Shown: one piece after another, positions 20,129 through 29,211 of the stretch
How the letters are laid out: each line of letters begins with the position of its first letter
How positions within the stretch are numbered: the stretch's first letter is position 1
Source of the DNA: Acholeplasmatales bacterium
Lineage (GTDB): Bacteria; Bacillota_I; Bacilli_A; Acholeplasmatales; Anaeroplasmataceae
Direction: 5' to 3'
NCBI GenBank assembly: GCA_900767915.1
Contig: CAAGAX010000060.1
Span: 87,819-151,818, forward strand
Length of the DNA stretch: 64,000 nt
Made by a program: the position numbers and the translations under genes
Notes under the pieces: generated by a model
Told to the model about the DNA's origin: nothing
The model's database searches: none
Seen by the model: the letters and a program-made list of their open reading frames with translations, nothing else

Positions 20129-20749
20129 CTATTCCTCTATTTCATCATCTATTAGATTTCCATTCTCATCTAAAACATATAAAGGCTTAGCTTCTATTTC
20201 ATCTTCAGTATACATCTTATCAGTAAATAGAATACCATCTAAATGATCATATTCATGTTGGAATACTATTGCTGGATATCCTTCAAGCTTCATTGAAATA
20301 TGCTTAAGCTTATTTGTTTGGTAGTCTAATACTTCACCTTTTATTTGAATTCTTAAATGTCTTGGAGTTACAAGACCATGGGTATCTCTATCAACAGATA
20401 GACATCCCTCTCCTCCTGGTAAATATACCATTTCGCTACTTTTAGCTATAATTTGAGGGTTGATTATTGCGAAGCTGTATTTTTTTTGCTTTTCATCTAA
20501 GAAGTCGACACAATTAATTGCGAACATTCTTTTGGCTACTCCAACCTGTGGGGCTGCAATTCCAACCCCTGGGCGTATTTGATATTTTTCAACTAATTCA
20601 TCAATAGCTGAAATTACTACATATTCAAATAATCCTCTAATACAGTTTAAATCTTCCTTTGTTAATGGTAAAGATACCTTTTGACATTTTTCTCTTAATA
20701 CAGGGTTTCCTTCCTTTGTAATATCCTTTGCTAAATACATATAAATCAC
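20129..20749 (-). CDS. def: peptide deformylase
   Basis: 'GVGIAAPQVG', 'EGCLSV' and 'QHEYDHLDG' metal-binding motifs. Confidence 0.9.
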   Translation of the reverse strand: MIYMYLAKDITKEGNPVLREKCQKVSLPLTKEDLNCIRGLFEYVVISAIDELVEKYQIRPGVGIAAPQVGVAKRMFAINCVDFLDEKQKKYSFAIINPQIIAKSSEMVYLPGGEGCLSVDRDTHGLVTPRHLRIQIKGEVLDYQTNKLKHISMKLEGYPAIVFQHEYDHLDGILFTDKMYTEDEIEAKPLYVLDENGNLIDDEIEE

Positions 20750-20779
20750 CGAGGTGATTATAACATATTTATTTTAAAA

Positions 20780-20932
20780 TTACCATCTTGCAGCTCCAAT
20801 TATTACAAGAAGAATGAATAAAACAAGAATTAAAGCATAGCTAGAACCACTACGTCTGTTATTGCATCCACATTGATACATTGGCATATATCCATAGTTT
20901 CCATATCCATAGCCTGGTGTTTGATAAAACAT
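20780..20932 (-). CDS. YjcZ-like tiny sporulation membrane protein (50 aa); not in the supplied ORF track
   Basis: Hand translation gives MFYQTPGYGYGNYGYMPMYQCGCNNRRSGSSYALILVLFILLVIIGAARW*. A strong RBS GGAGGTG lies 6 nt upstream. A G/Y-rich head plus 'ALILVLFILLVIIG' tail is the YjcZ/tiny-TM pattern. Confidence 0.6.
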   Translation of the reverse strand: MFYQTPGYGYGNYGYMPMYQCGCNNRRSGSSYALILVLFILLVIIGAARW

Positions 20933-20988
20933 TATCTCACCTCCTACATTAACTTATGTGAGAGATTCAATAATGAATAGATAAATGC

Positions 20989-21165
20989 CTATTTATTATT
21001 AGGATTTTCTTCAATAGACAATCCTAAAAAGGTTTCAATTCTTCTTAATCTATTATTTAGATTTCTAAGCTTTCTATTTATTTCCTCTAGCTCATAATAA
21101 ATTCTATTTATTTGCATGTTTTCATAATATTCAGGATTATATTGTCCTTTATTTGATTTAAACAT
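20989..21165 (-). CDS. 58-aa hypothetical coiled-coil protein; not in the supplied ORF track
   Basis: Hand translation gives MFKSNKGQYNPEYYENMQINRIYYELEEINRKLRNLNNRLRRIETFLGLSIEENPNNK*. The RBS is weak (GGTGAT). It sits among sporulation-type small genes. Confidence 0.35.
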   Translation of the reverse strand: MFKSNKGQYNPEYYENMQINRIYYELEEINRKLRNLNNRLRRIETFLGLSIEENPNNK

Positions 21166-21230
21166 TCTATCACCAAAAAATTATATGTATTGGTTTCACA
21201 AATTATACAAATAAACATATATTAAATTAG

Positions 21231-21620
21231 GTGTATAGTATGAGTGAAAAGCTTGATGAATTTAAGAAATTTGTAAAGGCTCATCCATTACTTAAAACTG
21301 AGGTTTCCTCTAAAAGGAAAACATGGCAGGAGCTATATGAGGATTTCGTTTTATTAGGTGAGGACGCCTTTACTGAGGATAATAATACTAAAAGCGAGGT
21401 AAAGAAAAATAGCTCTAATAATTCAACAGAGGATTTAATTAAAACAATTGTAGGCTATGTTAAGAAAATAGATCCTGATCAGGTCACTAAGACTGTAACA
21501 AGTATTCAAAAGGTTTTAGAGCTAATTGGAGGAATTGGAGCTGGTAGTGCATCTGGTGCTTTAGCTAAAAAGTCAACTGGAGATCCTTTATTTGATAAAA
21601 GATTTGATGAGTGGTATTAA
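21231..21620 (+). CDS. YlbD/YqfQ-like putative spore coat protein
   Basis: 'FKKFVKAHPLLKTEVSSKRKTWQELYEDFVLLGEDAF' closely follows the YlbD-like N-terminal signature. The start may be ATG 21240. Confidence 0.6.
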   Translation: MYSMSEKLDEFKKFVKAHPLLKTEVSSKRKTWQELYEDFVLLGEDAFTEDNNTKSEVKKNSSNNSTEDLIKTIVGYVKKIDPDQVTKTVTSIQKVLELIGGIGAGSASGALAKKSTGDPLFDKRFDEWY

Positions 21621-21838
21621 TGGATTATATGGAATATTTATATGAGCATTTAGATTTATTAATGTATTTGAGATATCATCCTAGATGGTATAAAATATTA
21701 TATTACGATTCCTCTATGTTTAATGTATTTATTAAGGAGGCTAAAGAAAGCTTGAAAATTAGAGGTATTGATAAGCTTGAGAGATTAAAAAATAATTTTA
21801 ATTTAATTTATAATTTAGCAGGAATCTTCAATAAATAG
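21611..21838 (+). CDS. YlbE-like protein
   Basis: 75 aa. 'LRYHPRWYKILYYDSS' matches the YlbE-like 'hPxWYr.Lsr' motif, and it overlaps the ylbD-like stop as in Bacillus ylbD-ylbE. Confidence 0.6.
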   Translation: MVLMDYMEYLYEHLDLLMYLRYHPRWYKILYYDSSMFNVFIKEAKESLKIRGIDKLERLKNNFNLIYNLAGIFNK

Positions 21839-22036
21839 ATTCTTGTTTTTTTAAAAATAGTAAGACTTTTATATTTTTTGTTGTAATACTAGAAGATTTA
21901 AATAAAATATAGTACAATATATCTAATGTATTTTAATTATTTTCTTATATGATATTAGATTTTTCTTAATAGAGTAAATAAAACTAGTACTTTTTATTGT
22001 AGAGTGATTGCATAAGTATAATAGTATGAGGTATAT

Positions 22037-22384
22037 ATGAATTTAGAAGATATTTATATTAATGAATTAAAAAAGGAGCCTATATTTCAAAGGCTTATTG
22101 AACTAAAAAAAATAATTGATAAAAAATATGGAATGAAAATTGTTTCATTTAAAAATAAGGAAGCCTTATATTTAGAAGCAAAAGAAAAAAAATATATGGA
22201 TTTAGAAAAAGCTAGAAAAGAATTTCAAAGAGTAAAGGCCGAGCTTTATTCTTATGAGGAGGTAAAAGAATATTTTCTAGTTGAACAAGAAGTGAATAAA
22301 ATGATTGAGAATGATATGAATGAGCTAAAGAAGGCTATTTCAAATAAATTTTTAGAAAATGAATCAATCAGTTTGAAAGTATAA
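22037..22384 (+). CDS. YlbF/YmcA-family (UPF0342) regulatory protein
   Basis: 115-aa all-helical K/E-rich protein. Its position after the ylbD/ylbE-like genes mirrors the Bacillus ylbDEF order. Confidence 0.5.
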   Translation: MNLEDIYINELKKEPIFQRLIELKKIIDKKYGMKIVSFKNKEALYLEAKEKKYMDLEKARKEFQRVKAELYSYEEVKEYFLVEQEVNKMIENDMNELKKAISNKFLENESISLKV

Positions 22385-22976
22385 TAGCCATGTTAATCAT
22401 TTTAATAACACCAAAAAGCTTAAAAATTAATAAAGCTAGATTGCAAGAATAAAATTTACAATTAGGGATTTATCATGTGGATGAATCCTATTTTTTTATA
22501 TTTAGATTGTTTATATTTAATTTTTATAATTCTTCATAAAAAACTTATAAGATGTTTTAAAACTAAATTACTTTTTTGGATAATTATTTATACAATTTAT
22601 TATTTTTATAGATATTAATTAGTTATTTTAGTTAAATCAATTCCCTTAGGATAATATTTTCTTATCAATCGGTTGAAATTTTCATTTGAAACACTTTTAA
22701 AAATGATATGCGTGAGAAATATATTTTTAAAGCCTTATTATTATATGCTTTATGTGATGGAACTATAGATCCTAATTCTTGTGAATAAGTTGAAGAAAAA
22801 TAGTATGCCTTGGAATCTTGACATAGAAAAATATTCTTATAATGAAATTTTTTCTGATATTAACGATTTTTTAGTTGAAAAAGAAATAAAATATGTTGAT
22901 GAATATGGAATGAATTCAAAATGTTAGTTATACATTTAAATAAATAAAAATTATTTCATCTGTCAAGAAAAAATGC

Positions 22977-23004
22977 TTGACAGATACTTTATATATGGTA
23001 TAAT
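22977..23004 (+). promoter_or_regulatory. sigma-A-type promoter of rpsP
   Basis: TTGACA (22977-22982), 16-nt spacer, TGgTATAAT extended -10 (TATAAT 22999-23004). It lies about 35 nt upstream of the rpsP ATG. Confidence 0.6.
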
Positions 23005-23037
23005 ACCTTTGTAAATTTTTAAAAGGAGTGTATTAAA

Positions 23038-23283
23038 ATGGTTAAAATTAGATTACAAAGATTTGGTGCACACAAGGCTCCAAAGTATCGTATTGTTGCT
23101 GCTGACTCTAGATCTCCACGTGATGGTAAATTCCTTGAGATTTTAGGTACATATAATCCATTAACTAATCCAGCTACTGTTACAGTTGATGCTGAAAAGG
23201 TTCAAGCTTGGTTAAAGAATGGTGCTCAACCTACTGTTACTGTAAAGAATATTTTAGTTGCTAATAACGTTATTTCTAAGTAA
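23038..23283 (+). CDS. rpsP: 30S ribosomal protein S16
   Basis: '[34 protein letters not shown]' is the canonical bS16 N-terminus. RBS AAGGAG. Confidence 0.95.
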   Translation: MVKIRLQRFGAHKAPKYRIVAADSRSPRDGKFLEILGTYNPLTNPATVTVDAEKVQAWLKNGAQPTVTVKNILVANNVISK

Positions 23284-23294
23284 GAGGTGCTACA

Positions 23295-23543
23295 ATGATA
23301 AAGTTTGAAGAGTTAATTGCTAGTTTAATTCTTCCTTTAGTAGCCTATCCTCAGGATGTAGAAATTGTGTTGTTAAACGAGACTGAAGATAATCTTGAGT
23401 ATCAGGTTAAATTAAATCCAAGTGATTTAGGTCGTGTAATTGGTAAGAACGGTAATATTGCAAAGGCTATTCGTACTGTATTATACGCTGGTGCTTCTAA
23501 AGAAGGAAAGAAGATTCACCTAGATATTGATGGGAAAGAATAA
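23295..23543 (+). CDS. KH-domain RNA-binding protein (YlqC/KhpA-like)
   Basis: 82 aa. 'GRVIGKNGNIAKAIRTV' contains the GxxG KH motif, and the position after rpsP is conserved. Confidence 0.85.
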   Translation: MIKFEELIASLILPLVAYPQDVEIVLLNETEDNLEYQVKLNPSDLGRVIGKNGNIAKAIRTVLYAGASKEGKKIHLDIDGKE

Positions 23544-23567
23544 AAGAGGGAAACCTCTTTTTTTTCT
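23544..23567 (+). terminator. rho-independent terminator after the KH-domain gene
   Basis: AAGAGG-GAAA-CCTCTT hairpin followed by T8. Confidence 0.75.
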
Positions 23568-23699
23568 AAGTGATTAATACATGTATTATTTTATCAAAAA
23601 TTTTATATTATTATTAGTCTAATTAATTTTTTATTAAAATTTTGTTTATTTTTTAATCTTTTGGTAGTACAATTGACTTATATTTAAGGAGACTTTGTT

Positions 23700-24617
23700 A
23701 TGGCTATTAAAATTTATACGGATGCTAGTTCAAATCTATTTAAAAAAATATTAGATGATAAAGGATTAGACATTGTCGTTTTACCGATGACACTAGAAAT
23801 TGATGATAAAAAATATATATGCTATAAGGATGATATAGATGTTGAAGAGATGTCTAAGGATTTCTATTTGAAAATGCAAGAAGGTTTAAGACCAAAAACA
23901 TCATTAATAAGTCCAGGATTATTTATGGAGTCTTGCCAAGAAGAAATAAAAAAAGGTAATAAGGTAATATATATTTCATTAGCTAGTGGTATATCAGGAA
24001 GCTTTCAAAGTGCCACTTTAATTAAAAATCAAATTAATGAAGAATATAATGATTATATAGTTGAAGTAATTGATTCTAAAACTGCAGGCTTTGGTGAAGG
24101 AATGATTGCTATAAAGGCATTTAATTATGTTAAAGAAGGATTAGAATTTCAAGATGTAGTTAAGAAGACTAATGAATATGTTTATAATGTAAGAAGTGAA
24201 TTTACTGTTGACAATATTCAATATTTAGCTCAAACTGGTAGAGTTTCTAAATTAGCTAGTACTATTGCTAGTGTATTATCAATAAAACCTTTATTATATG
24301 GCTCTAATGAGGGTAAAATAGAGGTTACTTCTAAGGTAAGAGGACGTAATATGGCAATTAATGCACTTGCAGATCAGGTGATAAAGAATATAAAGGATAA
24401 GAATAGCCTTGTTTATATTGCTCATTGTAATTCAATAGATTATGCTAATAAGCTTAAGGATTTATTAAATAAAGCTGATATTAATAATATAGAAATTTAT
24501 TATTATGATTTGGTAACAGGAGCTCATGTAGGACCAGGTACAATAGCTGTTTTCTATGAGGGCGAAACACGAGAAATTGAAAAAAAGAATTTTATTCAAT
24601 CTTTTTTACATAAATAA
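23700..24617 (+). CDS. DegV-family fatty-acid-binding protein
   Basis: 305 aa. 'IKIYTDASSNL', 'PKTSLISPG', 'SLASGISGSFQSA' and 'GAHVGPGTIAVF' DegV motifs. Confidence 0.9.
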   Translation: MAIKIYTDASSNLFKKILDDKGLDIVVLPMTLEIDDKKYICYKDDIDVEEMSKDFYLKMQEGLRPKTSLISPGLFMESCQEEIKKGNKVIYISLASGISGSFQSATLIKNQINEEYNDYIVEVIDSKTAGFGEGMIAIKAFNYVKEGLEFQDVVKKTNEYVYNVRSEFTVDNIQYLAQTGRVSKLASTIASVLSIKPLLYGSNEGKIEVTSKVRGRNMAINALADQVIKNIKDKNSLVYIAHCNSIDYANKLKDLLNKADINNIEIYYYDLVTGAHVGPGTIAVFYEGETREIEKKNFIQSFLHK

Positions 24618-24623
24618 AAAAAG

Positions 24624-24656
24624 ATAGCACTTAGGTATTATATATTTAAGTGCTAT
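24624..24656 (+). terminator. probable terminator after degV paralog 1
   Basis: 10-bp stem ATAGCACTTA / TAAGTGCTAT with a 13-nt loop. The T-tract is weak. Confidence 0.45.
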
Positions 24657-24675
24657 TATTATTAGAGGTGCTTTA

Positions 24676-26670
24676 ATGGATAATAAATTTAGTTACTATA
24701 TAAAAAAATATTTACCTTATTTATTGTTATTATTATTTACCTTTTTTGCTTGTTATTTATTATTTATTGCAAAAGGTTATCCTAATGGAGATGATTCTGA
24801 TTATCATTTCGCTAATATTTATGATCAATATAAAGCTTTATTAGAAGGAAATACAAGTTTAATATCCCCTTATCTTGCATCAGGCGTTGGAGTCGGTAAA
24901 AAGCTTTTTTATTCTCCTATTCCGCATTTAGTAGTTGCCTCTTTAGGAGTCATTTTAAAGCCCTTTAATATTTCTTTATTAACTAGCTTTAAAATTGTAA
25001 TATTTCTTTCTATTTATATTTCTGGAATTTTTATGTATCGTTTAGGAATGCATATCTCAAAAAATAAGCTTATTCCTTCAATTGTTGCTGCTTCTATATT
25101 TGTATTATATCCTTATAGATTATTTGATTTTTATTGTAGAATTGCCTTTGCTGAGGGTTTTGCAATTATGTTTTTACCATTATTTTATATGGGATTATAT
25201 GATATATTAAATAATAAAAATGAAAGAATATTACCTTATATTGAAGTAATTTTAGGAGCAGTTTTATTATTTTTATCTCATAATATTACAGCTTTATATG
25301 CTTTTGTTTTTGGTATTATTTATATTATATTTAATTATAAAAAGGCTATTAAGCTATTTAAAAATAAGAATTTATTAATATATTCTATTATTTCTATTTG
25401 TTTAATTTTAGGTTTAGCCTTATTTAATATTGTAACTCAGCTTGAACTACTAAGTATGAATTATTATAATATAAGTGAGCCTGAAAGAATGTGGACTAAT
25501 ATTGAAGCTGTTAAATCAAGAACATATGATTGTTTAAGCTATTCTGGATTTTTAAATTTTTATTGGTTGACTAGCAATTATGGTAACTTTTTTTCATTTG
25601 ATAATCTAACTATGTGCTTAGTATTATTTGTTTTATATTCTGGTTTAGCTATAGTTATTGATTTAGCTTTAAGTGAAGTAAAAGGTCTTAAATATTTTCA
25701 TTTTATTATTTCATTTATTATTTATTTCGTTTTAATAGGGATTACTAATAGCAGACTAGAGGTATTATTAGGTGGAATCATCTTTGCAGTATTATATTTA
25801 TTTATTAGTATTTCTAAAGAAAAGGAAGATAATAGTAAAATATTTAAGAATATAGATTTTTGGTATTATATTGCAATGTCTTTGGTAGTATTGTTGTTAA
25901 TTACACAGGATTTTGTTTGGGATATAATGCCTGAAGCATTACTTAAAATTCAATTTCCATGGCGTTTATGGGCTTTTATAAGTTTATATGCATCAATTTT
26001 ATTTATATATATATTAAGTTCATCTAAAAGTAAATTTGTTGTTTATTTTATGGCTATTTTAACTGGTTTTTTAATGGTAGCTAATCAACCGTTATTAGAA
26101 AAACGATTAAATTATCAAAATAGTGAAATTCCTTCCTTTAGATATGATATAGATGATGATGTTTATAATCATTTTATGTCGATAGGTGCATGCTTAGAGT
26201 ATTATCCAAAATGCTTTTATCCTTCATCATCATATAAAAGTGAATATAGAAATTCATTATATTATAAAATTTATAATGAATTATATAGGAACTTTAATGG
26301 CAATCCTTATTCATTAGATCCTGTATTATTAGAAGGTAAAGGAAATATTGAAGTTATTAATAAAAAAGCACCGGTGTATGATATTAACTTTGTTATCTCT
26401 GAGGATTGTTTAGTTCAATTACCTTTATTATATTATCCTGGATATAGTATTTCTATTGAAAATAGCAATGAAAAAATAAAAGCCATTGAGGTAGATGGAT
26501 TAGTTTCATTTAAGTTGCAAAAGGGAGAATATCATATTACTACTAATTATATAGGAACTAATTCAATGAAAGCTTCTATGGTAATTAGATATATATCATA
26601 TGCAGGTTTTATAGTATTTAGTTTCTATGGATTTATTATTGATATAAGAAGAAAAGAAGGATTATTTTAA
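24676..26670 (+). CDS. large polytopic membrane protein, GT-C-fold glycosyltransferase-like (ArnT/PMT/YfhO-like), with a C-terminal soluble domain
   Basis: 664 aa with at least 12 predicted TM helices. An early 'NGDDSDYHF' loop resembles the acidic first-loop motif of GT-C enzymes. About 150 non-membrane residues are followed by a terminal TM. Confidence 0.45.
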   Translation: MDNKFSYYIKKYLPYLLLLLFTFFACYLLFIAKGYPNGDDSDYHFANIYDQYKALLEGNTSLISPYLASGVGVGKKLFYSPIPHLVVASLGVILKPFNISLLTSFKIVIFLSIYISGIFMYRLGMHISKNKLIPSIVAASIFVLYPYRLFDFYCRIAFAEGFAIMFLPLFYMGLYDILNNKNERILPYIEVILGAVLLFLSHNITALYAFVFGIIYIIFNYKKAIKLFKNKNLLIYSIISICLILGLALFNIVTQLELLSMNYYNISEPERMWTNIEAVKSRTYDCLSYSGFLNFYWLTSNYGNFFSFDNLTMCLVLFVLYSGLAIVIDLALSEVKGLKYFHFIISFIIYFVLIGITNSRLEVLLGGIIFAVLYLFISISKEKEDNSKIFKNIDFWYYIAMSLVVLLLITQDFVWDIMPEALLKIQFPWRLWAFISLYASILFIYILSSSKSKFVVYFMAILTGFLMVANQPLLEKRLNYQNSEIPSFRYDIDDDVYNHFMSIGACLEYYPKCFYPSSSYKSEYRNSLYYKIYNELYRNFNGNPYSLDPVLLEGKGNIEVINKKAPVYDINFVISEDCLVQLPLLYYPGYSISIENSNEKIKAIEVDGLVSFKLQKGEYHITTNYIGTNSMKASMVIRYISYAGFIVFSFYGFIIDIRRKEGLF

Positions 26671-27443
26671 TGGATTTGTTTTTAAAAATATTTATTACCT
26701 TTTTAGCTGGAATGGGAGCTGGATTAGGTACAGGCTTTGCTGGAATGAGTGCTGCTGCGGTTATTACTCCTTTATTAGTTACTTTTTTGAAAATTGACCC
26801 CTTTATGGCTGTTGGAATAGCTTTAATATCTGATGTTTTAGCTAGCGGAGTTTCTGCTATTACCTATGGAAAGAATAAGAATTTGGATATTAAAAATGGT
26901 TTAGTTATGATGGTTTTTGTTTTAGGCTTTACTATTTTAGGTAGCTATGTTTCAAGCTTACTTCCATCTATGACAATGGGAACATTTTCTGTGGTAATGA
27001 CATTTTTGTTAGGTGTAAAGTTTATTTTTAAGCCTGTTTTAGGAGTGAAGGAAAGTGTTCAAAATGAAACCAATAAAAAGAAGCTTATTAAATCTATTAT
27101 TTTTGGTATATTGATTGGATTTATTTGTGGTTTTGTTGGAGCTGGTGGAGGAATGATGATGTTATTAGTTTTAACAACAGCTTTAGGCTATGAGTTGAAA
27201 AAAGCAGTTGGAACTAGTGTATTTATTATGACATTTACAGCTTTAACTGGAGCGATATCTCATTTCGCTATTGGTGGTACTCCTGATTGGCTTATTTGTA
27301 TACTATGCGTAGTTTTTACATTTATATGGGCTAGAATTGCATCAGTAATAGCTAATAGGGTTAAACCTATTGTTTTGAATAGAATAACTGGTGTTATTCT
27401 TGTTGTTTTAGGAATAGTTGTTTTGATATTTCAATTTTGTTAA
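26670..27443 (+). CDS. TauE/SafE-family anion (sulfite-type) exporter
   Basis: 257 aa with two homologous 4-TM halves, each carrying 'G.GAGLGTGFAG' / 'GFVGAGGGMMM' motifs. The start shares one base with the upstream stop (TAATG). Confidence 0.8.
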   Translation: MDLFLKIFITFLAGMGAGLGTGFAGMSAAAVITPLLVTFLKIDPFMAVGIALISDVLASGVSAITYGKNKNLDIKNGLVMMVFVLGFTILGSYVSSLLPSMTMGTFSVVMTFLLGVKFIFKPVLGVKESVQNETNKKKLIKSIIFGILIGFICGFVGAGGGMMMLLVLTTALGYELKKAVGTSVFIMTFTALTGAISHFAIGGTPDWLICILCVVFTFIWARIASVIANRVKPIVLNRITGVILVVLGIVVLIFQFC

Positions 27444-27445
27444 TT

Positions 27446-27487
27446 AAAAAGCATAGAATTTATATAATGTTCTATGCTTTTTTTAGG
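27446..27487 (+). terminator. rho-independent terminator
   Basis: 9-bp perfect stem AGCATAGAA / TTCTATGCT followed by T8. Confidence 0.75.
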
Positions 27488-27558
27488 ATCTATATTTAAA
27501 TATTATATATTGAACTTATTAAAGGAGGACTATTTTTTTAAAAAGCATATAAAAACTG

Positions 27559-27587
27559 TTGACAATTAATTTTATTTTATGTATAAT
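27559..27587 (+). promoter_or_regulatory. sigma-A-type promoter of tRNA-Leu
   Basis: TTGACA (27559-27564), 17-nt spacer, TATAAT (27582-27587), about 33 nt upstream of the tRNA 5' end. Confidence 0.55.
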
Positions 27588-27620
27588 TAATCACGCAATC
27601 GCTTGATTGTTTATCTATAT

Positions 27621-27704
27621 GCCCGAATGGCGGAACTGGCAGACGCGCTAGACTTAGAATCTAGTTCCCTCGGAGTGCAGGTTCGATTCCTGTTTCGGGC
27701 ACCA
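27621..27704 (+). tRNA. tRNA-Leu (anticodon UAG), type II with long variable arm, CCA encoded
   Basis: Acceptor GCCCGAA/TTCGGGC, anticodon stem CTAGA/TCTAG with loop CTTAGAA, T-loop GGTTCGATTCC, 3' ACCA. Confidence 0.9.
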
Positions 27705-27718
27705 GTATTGTAATTATA

Positions 27719-27760
27719 AGGTTGATACTTGTTGTCAGCCTTTTATTTTTGCTAAAACGT
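27719..27760 (+). terminator. terminator after tRNA-Leu
   Basis: Stem AAGGTTGA / TCAGCCTT (one G-U pair) followed by TTTATTTTT. Confidence 0.5.
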
Positions 27761-28029
27761 ACTAAAATAGCCTTATTTAATTAATTTTTGCCTATATTTC
27801 TCTTTTACGTCATGAGATCCGGCTTTATTCTTAATGAATTTATAGCTAAAATCTTATGACTTTTTTGTTTTTAAAATAGCTGCTTACACGATTTATAGCA
27901 AGGGTGCTAGTAAATTGACACGATTACTATTTATACCTCTTTTATCTCTTATTTTTCTCAAAACAGTGGCAAAATTAGCATAAAATGTTATAATTCCTCT
28001 AAATAGAGAAAATAATGGAGGATTCCGTG

Positions 28030-28224
28030 ATGAACTATGCAGAAGCGGTTAAAACCTTGAGAAAGAAAATGATATTTTCACAAATGGAATTTGCTGATTA
28101 TCTCGGCGTCTCTTTCGGAACTATCAATAGGTGGGAGAATGATAGATTCACTCCTACTGTTAAGGCTAAAAGAAAATTAGCGCCATTATTTAAGGAATAT
28201 AATATTGAAGTTACCGAGGATTAG
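28030..28224 (+). CDS. XRE-family helix-turn-helix protein (64 aa from ATG 28030)
   Basis: 'FSQMEFADYLGVSFGTINRWENDRFTP' is a classic HTH_3 motif. RBS GGAGGA at 28017-28022. GC is visibly higher than in flanking DNA. Confidence 0.75.
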   Translation: MNYAEAVKTLRKKMIFSQMEFADYLGVSFGTINRWENDRFTPTVKAKRKLAPLFKEYNIEVTED

Positions 28225-28236
28225 GAGTGATAGTTC

Positions 28237-28773
28237 ATGTTTCAAAAGCTGAAATTTAAAGAAGCTAATGACAAACAACTTGAAGCAATAAAAAATATCA
28301 ACGGTCCTCTTTTGATTGTGGCAGGACCTGGCACTGGCAAAACCTATACTTTGATAAACAGAGCTTTGAATTTGATTGTCAATTATGGAGTGTCTCTATC
28401 ATCAATCTTGTTTGCCACCTTCACTGAAAAAGCGGCTAATGAATTGATAACAAGATTGTCTGTTGAGCTTGCCAAGTACAATATCGATTTTAACCCCGAG
28501 GATATGTATATCGGAACATTCCATTCAATTTGCTTGAAAATAATCAAAGACAACGTGAGCCTTTCAACACTGAAAAAGAACTTTAAATTGTATTACCAGT
28601 TTGATCAGCAATATTTCATATACAGGCATTTTGGCGATTTTAAAAGTATACCTCAGTTTGATTTTTATTTTAAGAATGGTAGCTACTGGGATAAATGCTC
28701 TTCAATAATGAAGATATTATTGCAAGAAAGGTTAACAAAATTGAATAAAAAAAGAAGAAAAAAACAAGCGTGA
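28237..28773 (+). pseudogene. truncated UvrD/Rep-type superfamily-1 helicase (N-terminal ~160 aa only)
   Basis: 'NDKQLEAIKNINGPLLIVAGPGTGKTYTLINR' (motifs Q/I) and 'TFTEKAANEL' (Ia) are present. There is no DExx box or later motifs, and the reading frame ends in an A-rich junk tail. Confidence 0.7.
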
Positions 28774-29211
28774 TGCCCAAATATGGCTTAAACACTTGGC
28801 TTTTTTATCTTGAAAATTTTGTACGTATATTATGTGACTACTTGAAAATTTCTATTTTAGTTTTTAATGACTTTAATAGTATCTTTACAATAGGTGATAT
28901 CATACCAAAGTATATAGAGATGGAATCAAATGTATTTTTTGATTTGGAAATGATTATAAGAAATATTATGAAACTAAAACCAAAAGAGGAGGATAAGAAG
29001 GATGAACCAAGTTGATAGAAACGCAAAAAGAGAAAATTGAAACATTATTTGTTAAATGGAGACTTGATTATGAGTTGCTAGAAAACTATATTGAAATCTA
29101 TTAGCCACCTTATTAAGAAAAATACTTGAAAAAAGTGCAGTCATATAGCAGAATTAGTTTAGAAGGTGATTAACAATGGGAATTAAGCTTGAAAATTATA
29201 GTAGTAGATAA

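Noticed and set aside
20055-20246. 63-aa plus-strand ORF overlapping the 3' end of def.
   Set aside because: It runs through the def terminator hairpin and the def coding region in antisense. It has no RBS and a repetitive S/I/K composition.
22690-22930. Short ORFs in different frames ('NDMREKYIFKALLLYALCDGTIDPNSCE*' and 'MPWNLDIEKYSYNEIFSDINDFLVEKEIKYVDEYGMNSKC*') in the 650-bp gap before rpsP. They may be remnants of a TerB-like gene.
   Set aside because: The fragments are too short, and the family resemblance is too weak, to call a pseudogene with confidence. They are noted only as a likely decayed region.
28770-29026. ORFs 28770-29015 (+) and 28838-29026 (-) after the truncated helicase.
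   Set aside because: They are mutually antisense and have no recognisable motifs or RBS. They lie in what looks like debris between two pseudogenes. I treat the interval as non-coding island remnant.
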